Source: Bacillota bacterium (lineage in GTDB: Bacteria > Bacillota > Clostridia > Christensenellales > CAG-917). From it: DNA of 64,000 nt. Shown piece by piece: positions 1 to 7,789 of this stretch. A program made the translations under genes and the position numbers. Under the pieces are notes generated by a model. That model was not told the origin of the DNA. It worked only from the letters and a program-made list of their open reading frames with translations, and did no database searches. The stretch is from positions 83,914-147,913 of the forward strand of contig JAMPEA010000001.1 in NCBI GenBank assembly GCA_023665365.1. The letters are read 5' to 3'. Every line of letters starts with the position of its first letter. Position 1 is the stretch's first letter.

Positions 1-421
1 AATTGAATAAGTCGCTTTCGATTTCGGGACCCTCGTCTACGCTGAACCCCATGCCGAGAAATATATCTATAAGCTCTCGCCTTATGAGAGTGAGCGGATG
101 AAGCGTGCCGAGTCGCTTTCCATAAGCTGGCAAAGTCACGTCGATTGCTTCCGCTTTGAGCTTTGCCTCTTCCTCCTGCTTTGCCAAAACAGCAGTTTTA
201 TCGTTGAGAAATCCCTCGACCGCCGAGCGAAGTTCGTTTACGAGTTTGCCCATAGCGGGTCTTTCCTCTTTTGGCACGTTTGCCATATCGCGCATGACAA
301 GGGAAATTTCCCCGTTTTTTCCGAGATACTTCACTCTGACGTCGTTAAGTTCCGAAGTTGTCGCAGCCTTATCGATCATGGCTATCGCGCTCAGTTTGAT
401 GCCGTCCAATTTTTCCTTCAT
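1..421 (-). CDS. pheS: Phenylalanine--tRNA ligase alpha subunit, N-terminal part (gene continues beyond the window edge)
   Basis: My own minus-strand translation from ATG 421..419 gives MKEKLDGIKLSAIAMIDKAATTSELNDVRVKYLGKNGEISLVMRDM...GTLHPLTLIRRELIDIFLGMGFSVDEGPEIESDLFN. The KYLGK, HPLT and GPEIE..D..N motifs are typical of PheS. GGAG lies 9 nt upstream. It is absent from the ORF track because the frame is open at the window edge. Confidence 0.85.
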   Translation of the reverse strand, partial: MKEKLDGIKLSAIAMIDKAATTSELNDVRVKYLGKNGEISLVMRDMANVPKEERPAMGKLVNELRSAVEGFLNDKTAVLAKQEEEAKLKAEAIDVTLPAYGKRLGTLHPLTLIRRELIDIFLGMGFSVDEGPEIESDLFN

Positions 422-434
422 TTTGTCTAACTCC

Positions 435-459
435 AAAACGCGCGCATATGCGTACGCGC
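435..459 (-). terminator. Possible intrinsic terminator after the 546..1931 gene
   Basis: Minus strand reads GCGCGTACGCATATGCGCGCG followed by TTTT. The GC-rich stem is about 7 bp and the U tract is short (4 nt). Confidence 0.35.
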
Positions 460-545
460 AAATATTAACTTAATTAAAATAACATTTATAAACGAATAAG
501 TCAATGAAAATACGCCGAGTATGTCGCCGTCGAATAAATATTTAA

Positions 546-1931
546 TCAGTCGTTCGGGATTTTAACGGTAATATCAAGCGGACTGTCTCCGAGTTTAATT
601 TGTTCCACTCCGCTAATCAAGGTGTTTCCGAGATACATTTGCTTTTCGTCGCCGCGCTCGATATGCAAGGTGTTTTTTACGCCGTTTACGTCGAAAATCA
701 CGTCGGCTTTATCTATCTGCTTTGGCAAAGCGGGCATTAAACGCAGTTTTCCTCCGACAGTAGATATGCCGAAATTTACAGTATGATACTTATATATTGG
801 CTCAAAAGTATTCTCAAATTCAAGCATTTTTGAAATACTTTTACCCAATTTTCGTTTTGATTTGATGTTTGGCGCAAAATATAAATCCATAAAGTGCTTT
901 GAGCCGAGCGCAGTTGCAAGCATAGTTATATCTCTTTTGTGATTGATAATGCAGACCATGCGCGAAAGTAAATTTGCTTTTTTGACGCGAATATGCCCTG
1001 CCGACGCGCTCTGCATATATTTTTCGAGTCTTACGGTATATAAAAACTCGTCGAGATTTTCCTTGTCGCTCGCCTCTTTAATGAGCGAAAGAAAATTGCT
1101 TTTGACTATCGGCGCGGCATTTGAAAACACCTCGAATCTATCGAGAATTTCAAGCGGAGTATAGTAACGCGAAAAATCGTATGCTTCCACTATCTTTATA
1201 GTCGCTACTATATTCTTTATCGCCTCGCATATTCTGTCGGTCACTTCGCCGTGAACGTTTGAAAAATATTCCATTTTATAGCCTGCGCACAGCGCGCATA
1301 TACTCAAAAACAGCTTCGATTTGGTTAATTTTTTATATTTTTCATCTAAAAGTATAGGATTATATACGTACTTTGCCGACAGTTTATAGATTTTTGCCAA
1401 CGTGTCGAGTTGCAGATATATATAGCACAGCTTTTCTATTAAAACGTAAATAAACGCCGATTTCATAACGACGATTTCCGAAAACGACAGAGTTTTACGC
1501 TTGTTATGCTCCTCTATTATGGTTTTTACCCTGCTTTCGTCAAACTCATATCCGGTGTGAGCAAGGCAAAATCTCGCTATCTTGACCGCTCGCGGCTCGC
1601 CGTTTATTGACGGCAATTCGTCAAGACAGGTTAAATCGGTTTTTAATAACGTCTTGATTTCCTCTTCGAGTTCGACAAATTTGTCAAAAAAGCCGCAATA
1701 TTTTTTCATCTTTATTTCAAACGCTATCAATTTGATTTTGCTCGCATACTTTTTGGCGTCGGTTTTTCCGCCCTCCTTTGGCAAAGGCAACGAATTTACA
1801 AACTCGGCGGATTTACTTTTGTATTCCTCATCGGTGTATTCGTCAAAATAAAGCGCCCTTATTTTAGGACGCGTAATGAGATATACGCATAAAAAAACTG
1901 CGACAACGGCTATGGATATTGCATATTCCAT
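546..1931 (-). CDS. Hypothetical membrane-anchored protein (one N-terminal TM helix, large soluble domain)
   Basis: 461 aa ORF with an N-terminal hydrophobic helix (ISIAVVAVFLCVYLI). The segment INGEPRAVKIARFCLAH...LSFSEIVVMKSAFIYVLIEKL resembles, from memory, the N-terminal region of cyclic beta-1,2-glucan synthase/GH94-type proteins. No catalytic motif was recognised. Confidence 0.5.
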   Translation of the reverse strand: MEYAISIAVVAVFLCVYLITRPKIRALYFDEYTDEEYKSKSAEFVNSLPLPKEGGKTDAKKYASKIKLIAFEIKMKKYCGFFDKFVELEEEIKTLLKTDLTCLDELPSINGEPRAVKIARFCLAHTGYEFDESRVKTIIEEHNKRKTLSFSEIVVMKSAFIYVLIEKLCYIYLQLDTLAKIYKLSAKYVYNPILLDEKYKKLTKSKLFLSICALCAGYKMEYFSNVHGEVTDRICEAIKNIVATIKIVEAYDFSRYYTPLEILDRFEVFSNAAPIVKSNFLSLIKEASDKENLDEFLYTVRLEKYMQSASAGHIRVKKANLLSRMVCIINHKRDITMLATALGSKHFMDLYFAPNIKSKRKLGKSISKMLEFENTFEPIYKYHTVNFGISTVGGKLRLMPALPKQIDKADVIFDVNGVKNTLHIERGDEKQMYLGNTLISGVEQIKLGDSPLDITVKIPND

Positions 1932-1987
1932 ACAGTTTTTATTGCCATAAACAATTAAATTTATATCAAAACGCCCCGATTGATTTC

Positions 1988-2019
1988 AAAAAGAAAAGAG
2001 GCGGCTCTTGCGCCGACCC
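1988..2019 (-). terminator. Intrinsic terminator downstream of rnpB
   Basis: Minus strand reads GGGUCGGC-GCAAGA-GCCGCCUC (imperfect stem) followed by UUUUCUUUUU. Confidence 0.5.
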
Positions 2020-2024
2020 TTTTC

Positions 2025-2348
2025 ATATGCGAGATTAGTCTGTAAGCCGAGTTCTGTCTTAGACGGTCATCTATCTAGATACCGCATCTCTGCGATATTC
2101 AAGCGATGTGCGGAGCGTGCGGGCAACACTTATGCTCCAATCTTGCATCGGGGTGGGGTTTACATCGCGCATTGTCGCCAAATTGCGGGTGAGCTTTTAC
2201 CTCGCCTTTCCATCCTTACCGCATACGCGGCGGTTTTTTTCTGTTGCACTGTCCTTAAAGTCGCCTTTACAGGGAGTTACCCTGCACCCTTGCCCTGTGA
2301 TGCTCGGACTTTCCTCGAATATTTCACGCGACCGTCCGGCTAACTCGC
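2025..2348 (-). ncRNA. rnpB: RNase P RNA, bacterial type A
   Basis: Minus strand contains GAGGAAAGUCCGAGC, CAGUGCAACAGAAA..ACCGCC, GGUAAGG..GAAAGG..GGUAAAAGC.CACC, GUAAACCCCACCC and ACAGAACUCGGCUUACAG in the order seen in E. coli M1 RNA. The P1 helix is GCGAGUUAG (2348..2340) paired with CUAAUCUCGC (2038..2029). Confidence 0.93.
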
Positions 2349-2354
2349 AAAATT

Positions 2355-2383
2355 GTTATAGCATATTTTTTATATGTATGCAA
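2355..2383 (-). promoter_or_regulatory. Sigma-A type promoter of rnpB (TTGCAT-17-TATAAC)
   Basis: -35 at 2383..2378 and -10 at 2360..2355. The predicted start is G2348, the first nucleotide of the P1 strand. Confidence 0.6.
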
Positions 2384-2423
2384 GCACATTGCTTGCAGAA
2401 TTTAGCTGCGGACAGTAATTAGA

Positions 2424-2457
2424 TAAAAAATACGAGTTAGTCCGTCCGGCTAACTCG
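2424..2457 (-). terminator. P1-like hairpin plus U tract at the repeat junction (copy 1)
   Basis: Minus strand reads CGAGUUAG-CCGGACGGA-CUAACUCG (perfect 8 bp stem) followed by UAUUUUUUAU. Confidence 0.55.
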
Positions 2458-2534
2458 CAAAATTGTTATATCATATTTTTTATATGTGTGCAAGCACATT
2501 GCTTGCAGATTTTTAACTGCGGATAGTAATTAGA

Positions 2535-2568
2535 TAAAAAATACGAGTTAGTCCGTCCGGCTAACTCG
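2535..2568 (-). terminator. P1-like hairpin plus U tract at the repeat junction (copy 2); first terminator met by recN transcription
   Basis: Same hairpin and U tract as at 2424..2457. It lies about 60 nt downstream of the recN stop. Confidence 0.55.
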
Positions 2569-2623
2569 CAAAATTGTTATATCATATTTTTTATATGTGT
2601 GCAAGCACATTGCTTGCAGATTT

Positions 2624-4315
2624 TTATTGCAAGCTATCCTTATATCTCTGCGCCCATGCTTTCATTTCTTCGGCGTGCGGTATGGCAAACCTACTGTAAT
2701 CGTTGCCGCCAATCAGACGCGCCACCTCGTCGGTATCGTCGTCGAGTAACGTCACGTGCGTAAGCGTCTTTCCGTTTTCGGTGGATTTACTTATCAAATA
2801 ATGGCTGTCCGCCATTGCCGCAAGGCTCGGCATATGCGTGACTGCGATGACTTGACGACCGCGGGATATATTGCAAAGTTTTTCAGATACCACAGCAGAG
2901 ATATTGCCCGAAATCCCCGTATCTATTTCGTCGAAAACCATAGTGCCGATGCCGTCAATACCCGCAACTATATTTTTGAGCGCAAGCATAAAACGCGACA
3001 TTTCACCGCCGGATATAATCTTTGCGAGCGGTTTAAGCGGCTCTCCGACGTTCGGCGAAATCAAAAATTCCACCGTATCCGCACCGTTTGAGGTTATATC
3101 GTCAATTTCTGTTGCGGTTTTAACGTCAACCTTAAAAGTCGAGCCGCCCATGCCGAGGTCTTTCAACTCTTTAATTATGGATTTCTCAAACTCGACTGCG
3201 ACCTTAATGCGCAAAGCGGTCAGTTTTTGCGCACATTCCAAAAGACGCTCGCCGCTCTTTTTGATTTCTCTTTCGAGTATTATAACGCGGTCGCCCGCAT
3301 TCGACAAAACGTCGGCTTCTTCCTTGGCTTTGACGTAAAAATTTTGCAAGGACTCGTAATTGCCGCCGTACTTTCTTAAAACTGCGCGGACTTCTTCAAG
3401 CCTGCTTTCGATTTTGTCTGCCGAGCGACTGTCGAAATCGAGCTTGTCAAGCATATCTGAAAGCGTTGCGCTGATATCCTCGATTTCGAGTTTTGCGCTG
3501 TCAAGCCTGTCGGTGAGCGCGGGAATATCCTCGTCGTACGACGCAATCGTATTGAGCACCGATGCCGCGCTTTTAAGCTCAGCGCCTACACCGCCATTAT
3601 CATAGCCGTCAAGCGCTGACTTTGCCGACTGCAATGCCGACAAAATCTTTTCCGTATTGCGTATACGTTTGCGTTGGGCAAGCAAAGTTTCCTCCTCGCC
3701 CTCTTCAACGTTTACGCGCTCGATTTCTTCGAGTTGATAATTCAGTATATCGAGCCGTCTTTCTCTCTCGGCGCTGTCGCCGTATCTCGATAGCTCGCGC
3801 TTGAAATCGCTATATATATTGTAGGCTTTTAGAGTATCTAATTGGGCGTTTTTGATTTTACTTTCGCCGATAGTGTCCAAAAGCGCGATGTGCGTAGAAC
3901 TTCTGAGCAATGATTGATGCTCGTGCTGTCCGTGTATATCGACAAGCAATTCCGTAAGCCCTTTGAGGATTGAAAGCGTCGTAACTCTGCCGTTTATTCT
4001 GCATTCGTTTTTGCCCTCGGCTGTCATCTTGCGGCGTAATATCAAAATATCTTCCGCTTCTATGCCGACGTCGTCGAGATAGGTTGAAATCTGCGGATTT
4101 AAATACTCCTCGAAAACAGCCTGCACAACCGCATAATCCGTTCCGTAGCGTATAAGAGTTTTGTCCGCCCTTTCGCCGAGAACGAAATTAAGCGAGTCTA
4201 TGATGATAGACTTGCCCGCGCCCGTTTCGCCGCTAAGAATATTCAGCCCGTTTTCAAGCGTAAGTTCAAGCTTGTCTATCAAAGCGACGTTTTCAATGCA
4301 CAACTGTCTCAGCAT
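2624..4315 (-). CDS. recN: DNA repair protein RecN
   Basis: 563 aa. N-terminus is MLRQLCIENVALIDKLELTLENGLNILSGETGAGKSIIIDSL (Walker A). It has an SMC-like coiled coil, a C-terminal GGEMSRFMLALK signature and a DEIDTG Walker B. Confidence 0.95.
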   Translation of the reverse strand: MLRQLCIENVALIDKLELTLENGLNILSGETGAGKSIIIDSLNFVLGERADKTLIRYGTDYAVVQAVFEEYLNPQISTYLDDVGIEAEDILILRRKMTAEGKNECRINGRVTTLSILKGLTELLVDIHGQHEHQSLLRSSTHIALLDTIGESKIKNAQLDTLKAYNIYSDFKRELSRYGDSAERERRLDILNYQLEEIERVNVEEGEEETLLAQRKRIRNTEKILSALQSAKSALDGYDNGGVGAELKSAASVLNTIASYDEDIPALTDRLDSAKLEIEDISATLSDMLDKLDFDSRSADKIESRLEEVRAVLRKYGGNYESLQNFYVKAKEEADVLSNAGDRVIILEREIKKSGERLLECAQKLTALRIKVAVEFEKSIIKELKDLGMGGSTFKVDVKTATEIDDITSNGADTVEFLISPNVGEPLKPLAKIISGGEMSRFMLALKNIVAGIDGIGTMVFDEIDTGISGNISAVVSEKLCNISRGRQVIAVTHMPSLAAMADSHYLISKSTENGKTLTHVTLLDDDTDEVARLIGGNDYSRFAIPHAEEMKAWAQRYKDSLQ

Positions 4316-4362
4316 AATTTCCTCTGTATCGAAACGAAAATAAAATAACCGTAAGACGACGG

Positions 4363-4821
4363 TTATTTATTGAGCAAAGTTTCAAGCCTTTCGCGCACGA
4401 TTTCTGTGTTGTCGAGGCTGTCGATAGCAACGAATATCGTATTGTCCCCTGCGATAACTCCAAGCACTTCCTCATAGCTCAGCTTATCGATAAATTCGGC
4501 GGCAGGACCTGCGCTTCCGACCTCGGTTTTGAGGACGACGAGATTTTGCGAACTGCGTATGGATATAACCGTATTTTTAAACATATTCAAAAATTTATCC
4601 GAAGCGTTCGTCTCTTTTGTGCGCTGAACGGCGTACTTATAATGACGACCGTCCGAAGAAAGAGTTTTGATTATGCCCATATCCTTAATATCGCGCGAGA
4701 TTGTAGCTTGCGTGATATTGAAGCCTTCGCATTTGAGTTTTTCGACAAGTTCTTCCTGAGTATCGATGTCGTACTTTGAAATAATTTCCAAAATTTTGAG
4801 TTGACGGTTTGCTCTTATCAT
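4363..4821 (-). CDS. argR: Arginine repressor ArgR/AhrC
   Basis: 152 aa with a winged-helix N-terminal domain (QEELVEKLKCEGFNITQATISRDIKDMG) and a C-terminal GVIAGDNTIFV motif. The argR-recN adjacency is conserved. Confidence 0.9.
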   Translation of the reverse strand: MIRANRQLKILEIISKYDIDTQEELVEKLKCEGFNITQATISRDIKDMGIIKTLSSDGRHYKYAVQRTKETNASDKFLNMFKNTVISIRSSQNLVVLKTEVGSAGPAAEFIDKLSYEEVLGVIAGDNTIFVAIDSLDNTEIVRERLETLLNK

Positions 4822-4880
4822 TTTATTCCCCTTGTTATATGTATTTTGAGAGGTCTAATCGCTTAAAATCAATCTGCCGA

Positions 4881-5684
4881 TTATTTAAACGTTGTGCCCC
4901 ATCTATTCATTTTAGTAAGCAGTTTCGAGTAAAAATTATCCTCTTTGCAGGATAAAAATGCAGCCTTTTTTTGCGAGCGCGACACGTTTACGACCCCGCC
5001 CTTTTTAAGCCCTCCGTTGTTTGCGCCGTCAATAGAAACTGTGGCGCAAAGCTCGCCTGATAACCTTACCTCTATCTCGGATTTCGAGCTTACGACAAGC
5101 GGACGCGAATGCAGCGAATGCGCGCATATCGGAATAATCAAGATAGCCTCCACGTTCGGAGCAAGCACGGGACCGCCCGCCGAAAGCGAGTATGCCGTTG
5201 ACCCCGTAGGAGACGCGACTATAAGCCCGTCGCTGTGGAACGTGTCGGCAAATTTTCCGTCCACGCTTACGTCAAGAGTTATCGGACGGTTGCCTGCGGT
5301 TTTGATGACCACTTCGTTTAACGCGTTAAATTGCGCCTCGCCGTTGATACCTACATCAAGCAGCATACGTGAAATCGGCTTACCTGCTTTTAAGCAATTC
5401 ACCACCTCGCCGCAATCGGCGTTCTGCTCATACTCTGTCAAAAAGCCCAAATTGCCGAGATTTACACCCAAAATAGGAATATTTTTTCCGTTCAAGGAGC
5501 GCACTGCGTCCAGCACCGTTCCGTCTCCGCCGAAAACCAGCACCCTGTCCGTATCCGAGGCAATTTCGCTTGAATTGGAATATTCACGCACAGTGCAATC
5601 GCTGTCGGCTCTCAACAAATCGAGCACTCCGACGCGCGTAAAATCTTCCGTCATATTGGGTTTTGTGATGACCGCTATATTCAT
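4881..5684 (-). CDS. nadK: NAD kinase
   Basis: 267 aa with GGDGT, NLGNLGFLTE and TGSTAYSLSAGGP motifs. Confidence 0.93.
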   Translation of the reverse strand: MNIAVITKPNMTEDFTRVGVLDLLRADSDCTVREYSNSSEIASDTDRVLVFGGDGTVLDAVRSLNGKNIPILGVNLGNLGFLTEYEQNADCGEVVNCLKAGKPISRMLLDVGINGEAQFNALNEVVIKTAGNRPITLDVSVDGKFADTFHSDGLIVASPTGSTAYSLSAGGPVLAPNVEAILIIPICAHSLHSRPLVVSSKSEIEVRLSGELCATVSIDGANNGGLKKGGVVNVSRSQKKAAFLSCKEDNFYSKLLTKMNRWGTTFK

Positions 5685-5809
5685 TTTAATACCTTTTGCG
5701 CTCCGTATTATACACTAATCGAAAATATAATTCAAGCTAAAATGCATAATTGGGCAAAAAATGTATAATTTTTATTCAAAACCAGATTATGCGAAAATCG
5801 TCCGAAAGG

Positions 5810-6523
5810 TTAAAGCGTTTTTTTAACGTACAAGAGATATTCGATATTTTTATTTTGATAGCGTATCGGCGACGTGGCTATACCTACGATTTGAAATCCG
5901 AGCGAGATTGCGCATGCCTTGATTCCGTCAAGCGCGCGGACGCGCAATTTTTCATTTGTGACAATCCCGCTTTTGCCGAGCGCGGATTTATCAAGTTCAA
6001 ACTGCGGTTTGACTAGTACGACCGCCTCGCCGCCACCGTTCAGTATGCGAAATATTTCCGGCAACACCAGCTTTAACGAGATAAAGCTAACGTCCGAACA
6101 TACGAAATCGACCTTGTGAAAATCGCTTAGAAGTTCCCTCGCGTTTGACCTTATAAATTTCACCTTGCCGCTTTCCAAAAGCGAAGGATTTAAAGCGCAC
6201 TCGGCTACGTCAACAGCGTATACGTATTTTGCGCCGCGCCTTAAAAGGCAATCTGTAAATCCGCCGTTAGAGCAACCGATATCGGCGCATACTTTGCCCG
6301 TCACGCTAAGCCCGAACTTCAAAAACGCCTCTTCGAGTTTATATGCCCCCTGCGAAGCGTATCCGTCGTCAAAAATTTCTACTACGTCGCCATCGTTTAC
6401 GCTATAAGAAGGTTTGACCACAACGTTGCCGTTGACAAAAACTCCGCCCGTTTTTATCAGGTTTTCTGCATAAGTGCGCGAACGCATATCATAGGTGATT
6501 TGTAAGTAACGGTCAAGTCGCAT
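5810..6523 (-). CDS. tlyA: TlyA-family rRNA 2'-O-methyltransferase (S4 domain plus FtsJ-like domain)
   Basis: 237 aa. MRLDRYL...N-terminal S4 domain and a DIGCSNGGFTD SAM-binding motif. Confidence 0.9.
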   Translation of the reverse strand: MRLDRYLQITYDMRSRTYAENLIKTGGVFVNGNVVVKPSYSVNDGDVVEIFDDGYASQGAYKLEEAFLKFGLSVTGKVCADIGCSNGGFTDCLLRRGAKYVYAVDVAECALNPSLLESGKVKFIRSNARELLSDFHKVDFVCSDVSFISLKLVLPEIFRILNGGGEAVVLVKPQFELDKSALGKSGIVTNEKLRVRALDGIKACAISLGFQIVGIATSPIRYQNKNIEYLLYVKKTL

Positions 6524-6603
6524 AAAAAATACTTTATTTCGATATTCTATTCATAAATTTTTGTATTTTGAAAGTAACACGCGATATTTGAGACAACAAA
6601 AAA

Positions 6604-7377
6604 TCAGTCGTTTTGTTCGTCGATATTCTTTTCGTCGGACGCGCGCTTCACTTCCTTATTGGATTTCTTTTGCAAACTATCCTTTTTGCGGATTTTGCGC
6701 TCGTCCCTATTGAATATCGACACTATGCGAGCTACGAACATAACGAAATCTTTGGAGTTGTTTATGGCGATATTTTTCATAAACGCCTTGCCGCCTATCG
6801 TGACTGCGGATACCACTGCCGAGATGATGATTGTAAGCCACCTTTGCCACTCATCGCCGAGCGAAATTGCGATTTTGACAACGACCGCGGCAGAGCACGC
6901 ACCCGATATGATGCCGAAAATATCGCCGATTACGTCGTTACAGATACTCGACACAGTGCCGCTGTTTCGCACAAGCCAAAGCGCGGTCTTTGCGCCGTGT
7001 ACCTTTCTCGACGCCATAGAAGCAATGGGCGCAATATCGCATGAAGTCACCGCCACGCCGATGGAGTCGAAAAGTATACTGGCGAGTATCAAAAACGCGA
7101 GCAGCAATATGATAATCACTATCTGCTCGGCAGAAGCCGTAAGCTCGCTTAAAAAACTGAAAAAGCCCGCCAATACGAACGAAATGACGGATGCTTTGAG
7201 CCACCAAATATTGCGTTTTTTCTTTACCTTTTTGCGCTTGCCGTCAGCCGACTCGGAAGTTTTGGCTATTTCCTTGTCAAGTGGTTGCGCAGACTGAGCC
7301 GACACGCGTTCCGGCACAGCGGGCGTGTTGTCTGAATCGTCTTGAACGCTTAAATCTTTATCGTTTAAAGTATCCAA
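6604..7377 (-). CDS. Four-TM membrane protein with basic N- and C-terminal tails; candidate OapA-like partner of the upstream large ncRNA
   Basis: 257 aa with a TTG start (AAGGAG 4 nt upstream). Four hydrophobic helices, a KRKKVKKKR patch before TM1, an NDVIGDIFG (DxxxD) motif in TM3 and a lysine/arginine-rich C-terminal tail. It lies directly upstream of tlyA-nadK-argR-recN. Confidence 0.6.
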   Translation of the reverse strand: MDTLNDKDLSVQDDSDNTPAVPERVSAQSAQPLDKEIAKTSESADGKRKKVKKKRNIWWLKASVISFVLAGFFSFLSELTASAEQIVIIILLLAFLILASILFDSIGVAVTSCDIAPIASMASRKVHGAKTALWLVRNSGTVSSICNDVIGDIFGIISGACSAAVVVKIAISLGDEWQRWLTIIISAVVSAVTIGGKAFMKNIAINNSKDFVMFVARIVSIFNRDERKIRKKDSLQKKSNKEVKRASDEKNIDEQND

Positions 7378-7442
7378 AATGCTCCTTGTAATCTATATTA
7401 TGTAGCCTAATGCTAACGTATGCTCCAATAAATATATCCGCC

Positions 7443-7787
7443 CAAGCAAAAGATTTTGCGAATGTTGCGGGAGTTGCTATGTCGGCAAAAGTGAACAGCA
7501 AAAATCTTTTGCGCAGTAGGACAAGGAAGCCTCACCCTACACTTGTTTTGATTTTCAAGCGCCGCAGGCGCGTCACCAAGCAAAAGATTTTGCGAACGCA
7601 GCGGGAGTTGCTACGTCAGTAAAAGTGAACAGCAAAAATCTTTTGCGCGGTAGGACAAGGAAGTCTCGCCCTACACTTGTTTTGATTTTCAAGCGCCGTA
7701 GGCGCGTCACCAAGCAAAAAATTTTGCGAACGTTGCGGGAGTTGCTATGTCAGCAAAAGTGAACAGCAAAAATCTTTTGCGCGGTAG
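7443..7787. repeat. Tandem 134 bp repeat, about 2.6 copies, rich in GCAAAA-N2/3-TTTTGC palindromes
   Basis: Units start at 7443, 7577 and 7711 (caagcaaaagattttgcgaa...). Copies differ at a few positions. No credible ORF is present. Confidence 0.95.
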
Positions 7788-7789
7788 AT

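Larger units (their letters stand above)
2332..2626. repeat. Tandem 110/111 bp repeat, about 2.7 copies, containing the rnpB promoter and the rnpB 5' P1 strand
   Basis: The string gtccggctaactcgcaaaattgttata... restarts at 2334, 2444 and 2555. The copies are nearly identical. The last copy is truncated at the recN stop codon. Confidence 0.95.

Noticed and set aside
98-473. Two overlapping plus-strand ORFs (110 and 105 aa) at the left edge of the window
   Set aside because: They are antisense to a clear PheS N-terminal coding frame on the minus strand. They have no SD and a low-complexity, Ser/Phe-rich composition typical of shadow frames.
422-545. Possible T-box leader upstream of pheS
   Set aside because: The intergenic space is only about 125 nt. 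It contains just a short GC hairpin and no specifier-loop or T-box sequence that I could recognise. It is too short for a T-box riboswitch.
7443-7787. CRISPR array interpretation of the 134 bp repeats (also considered for 2332..2626 and 37061..37200)
   Set aside because: Whole units repeat head-to-tail with no unique spacers between them. The unit sizes are not typical of CRISPR repeat-plus-spacer periods, and no cas genes are present in the window.
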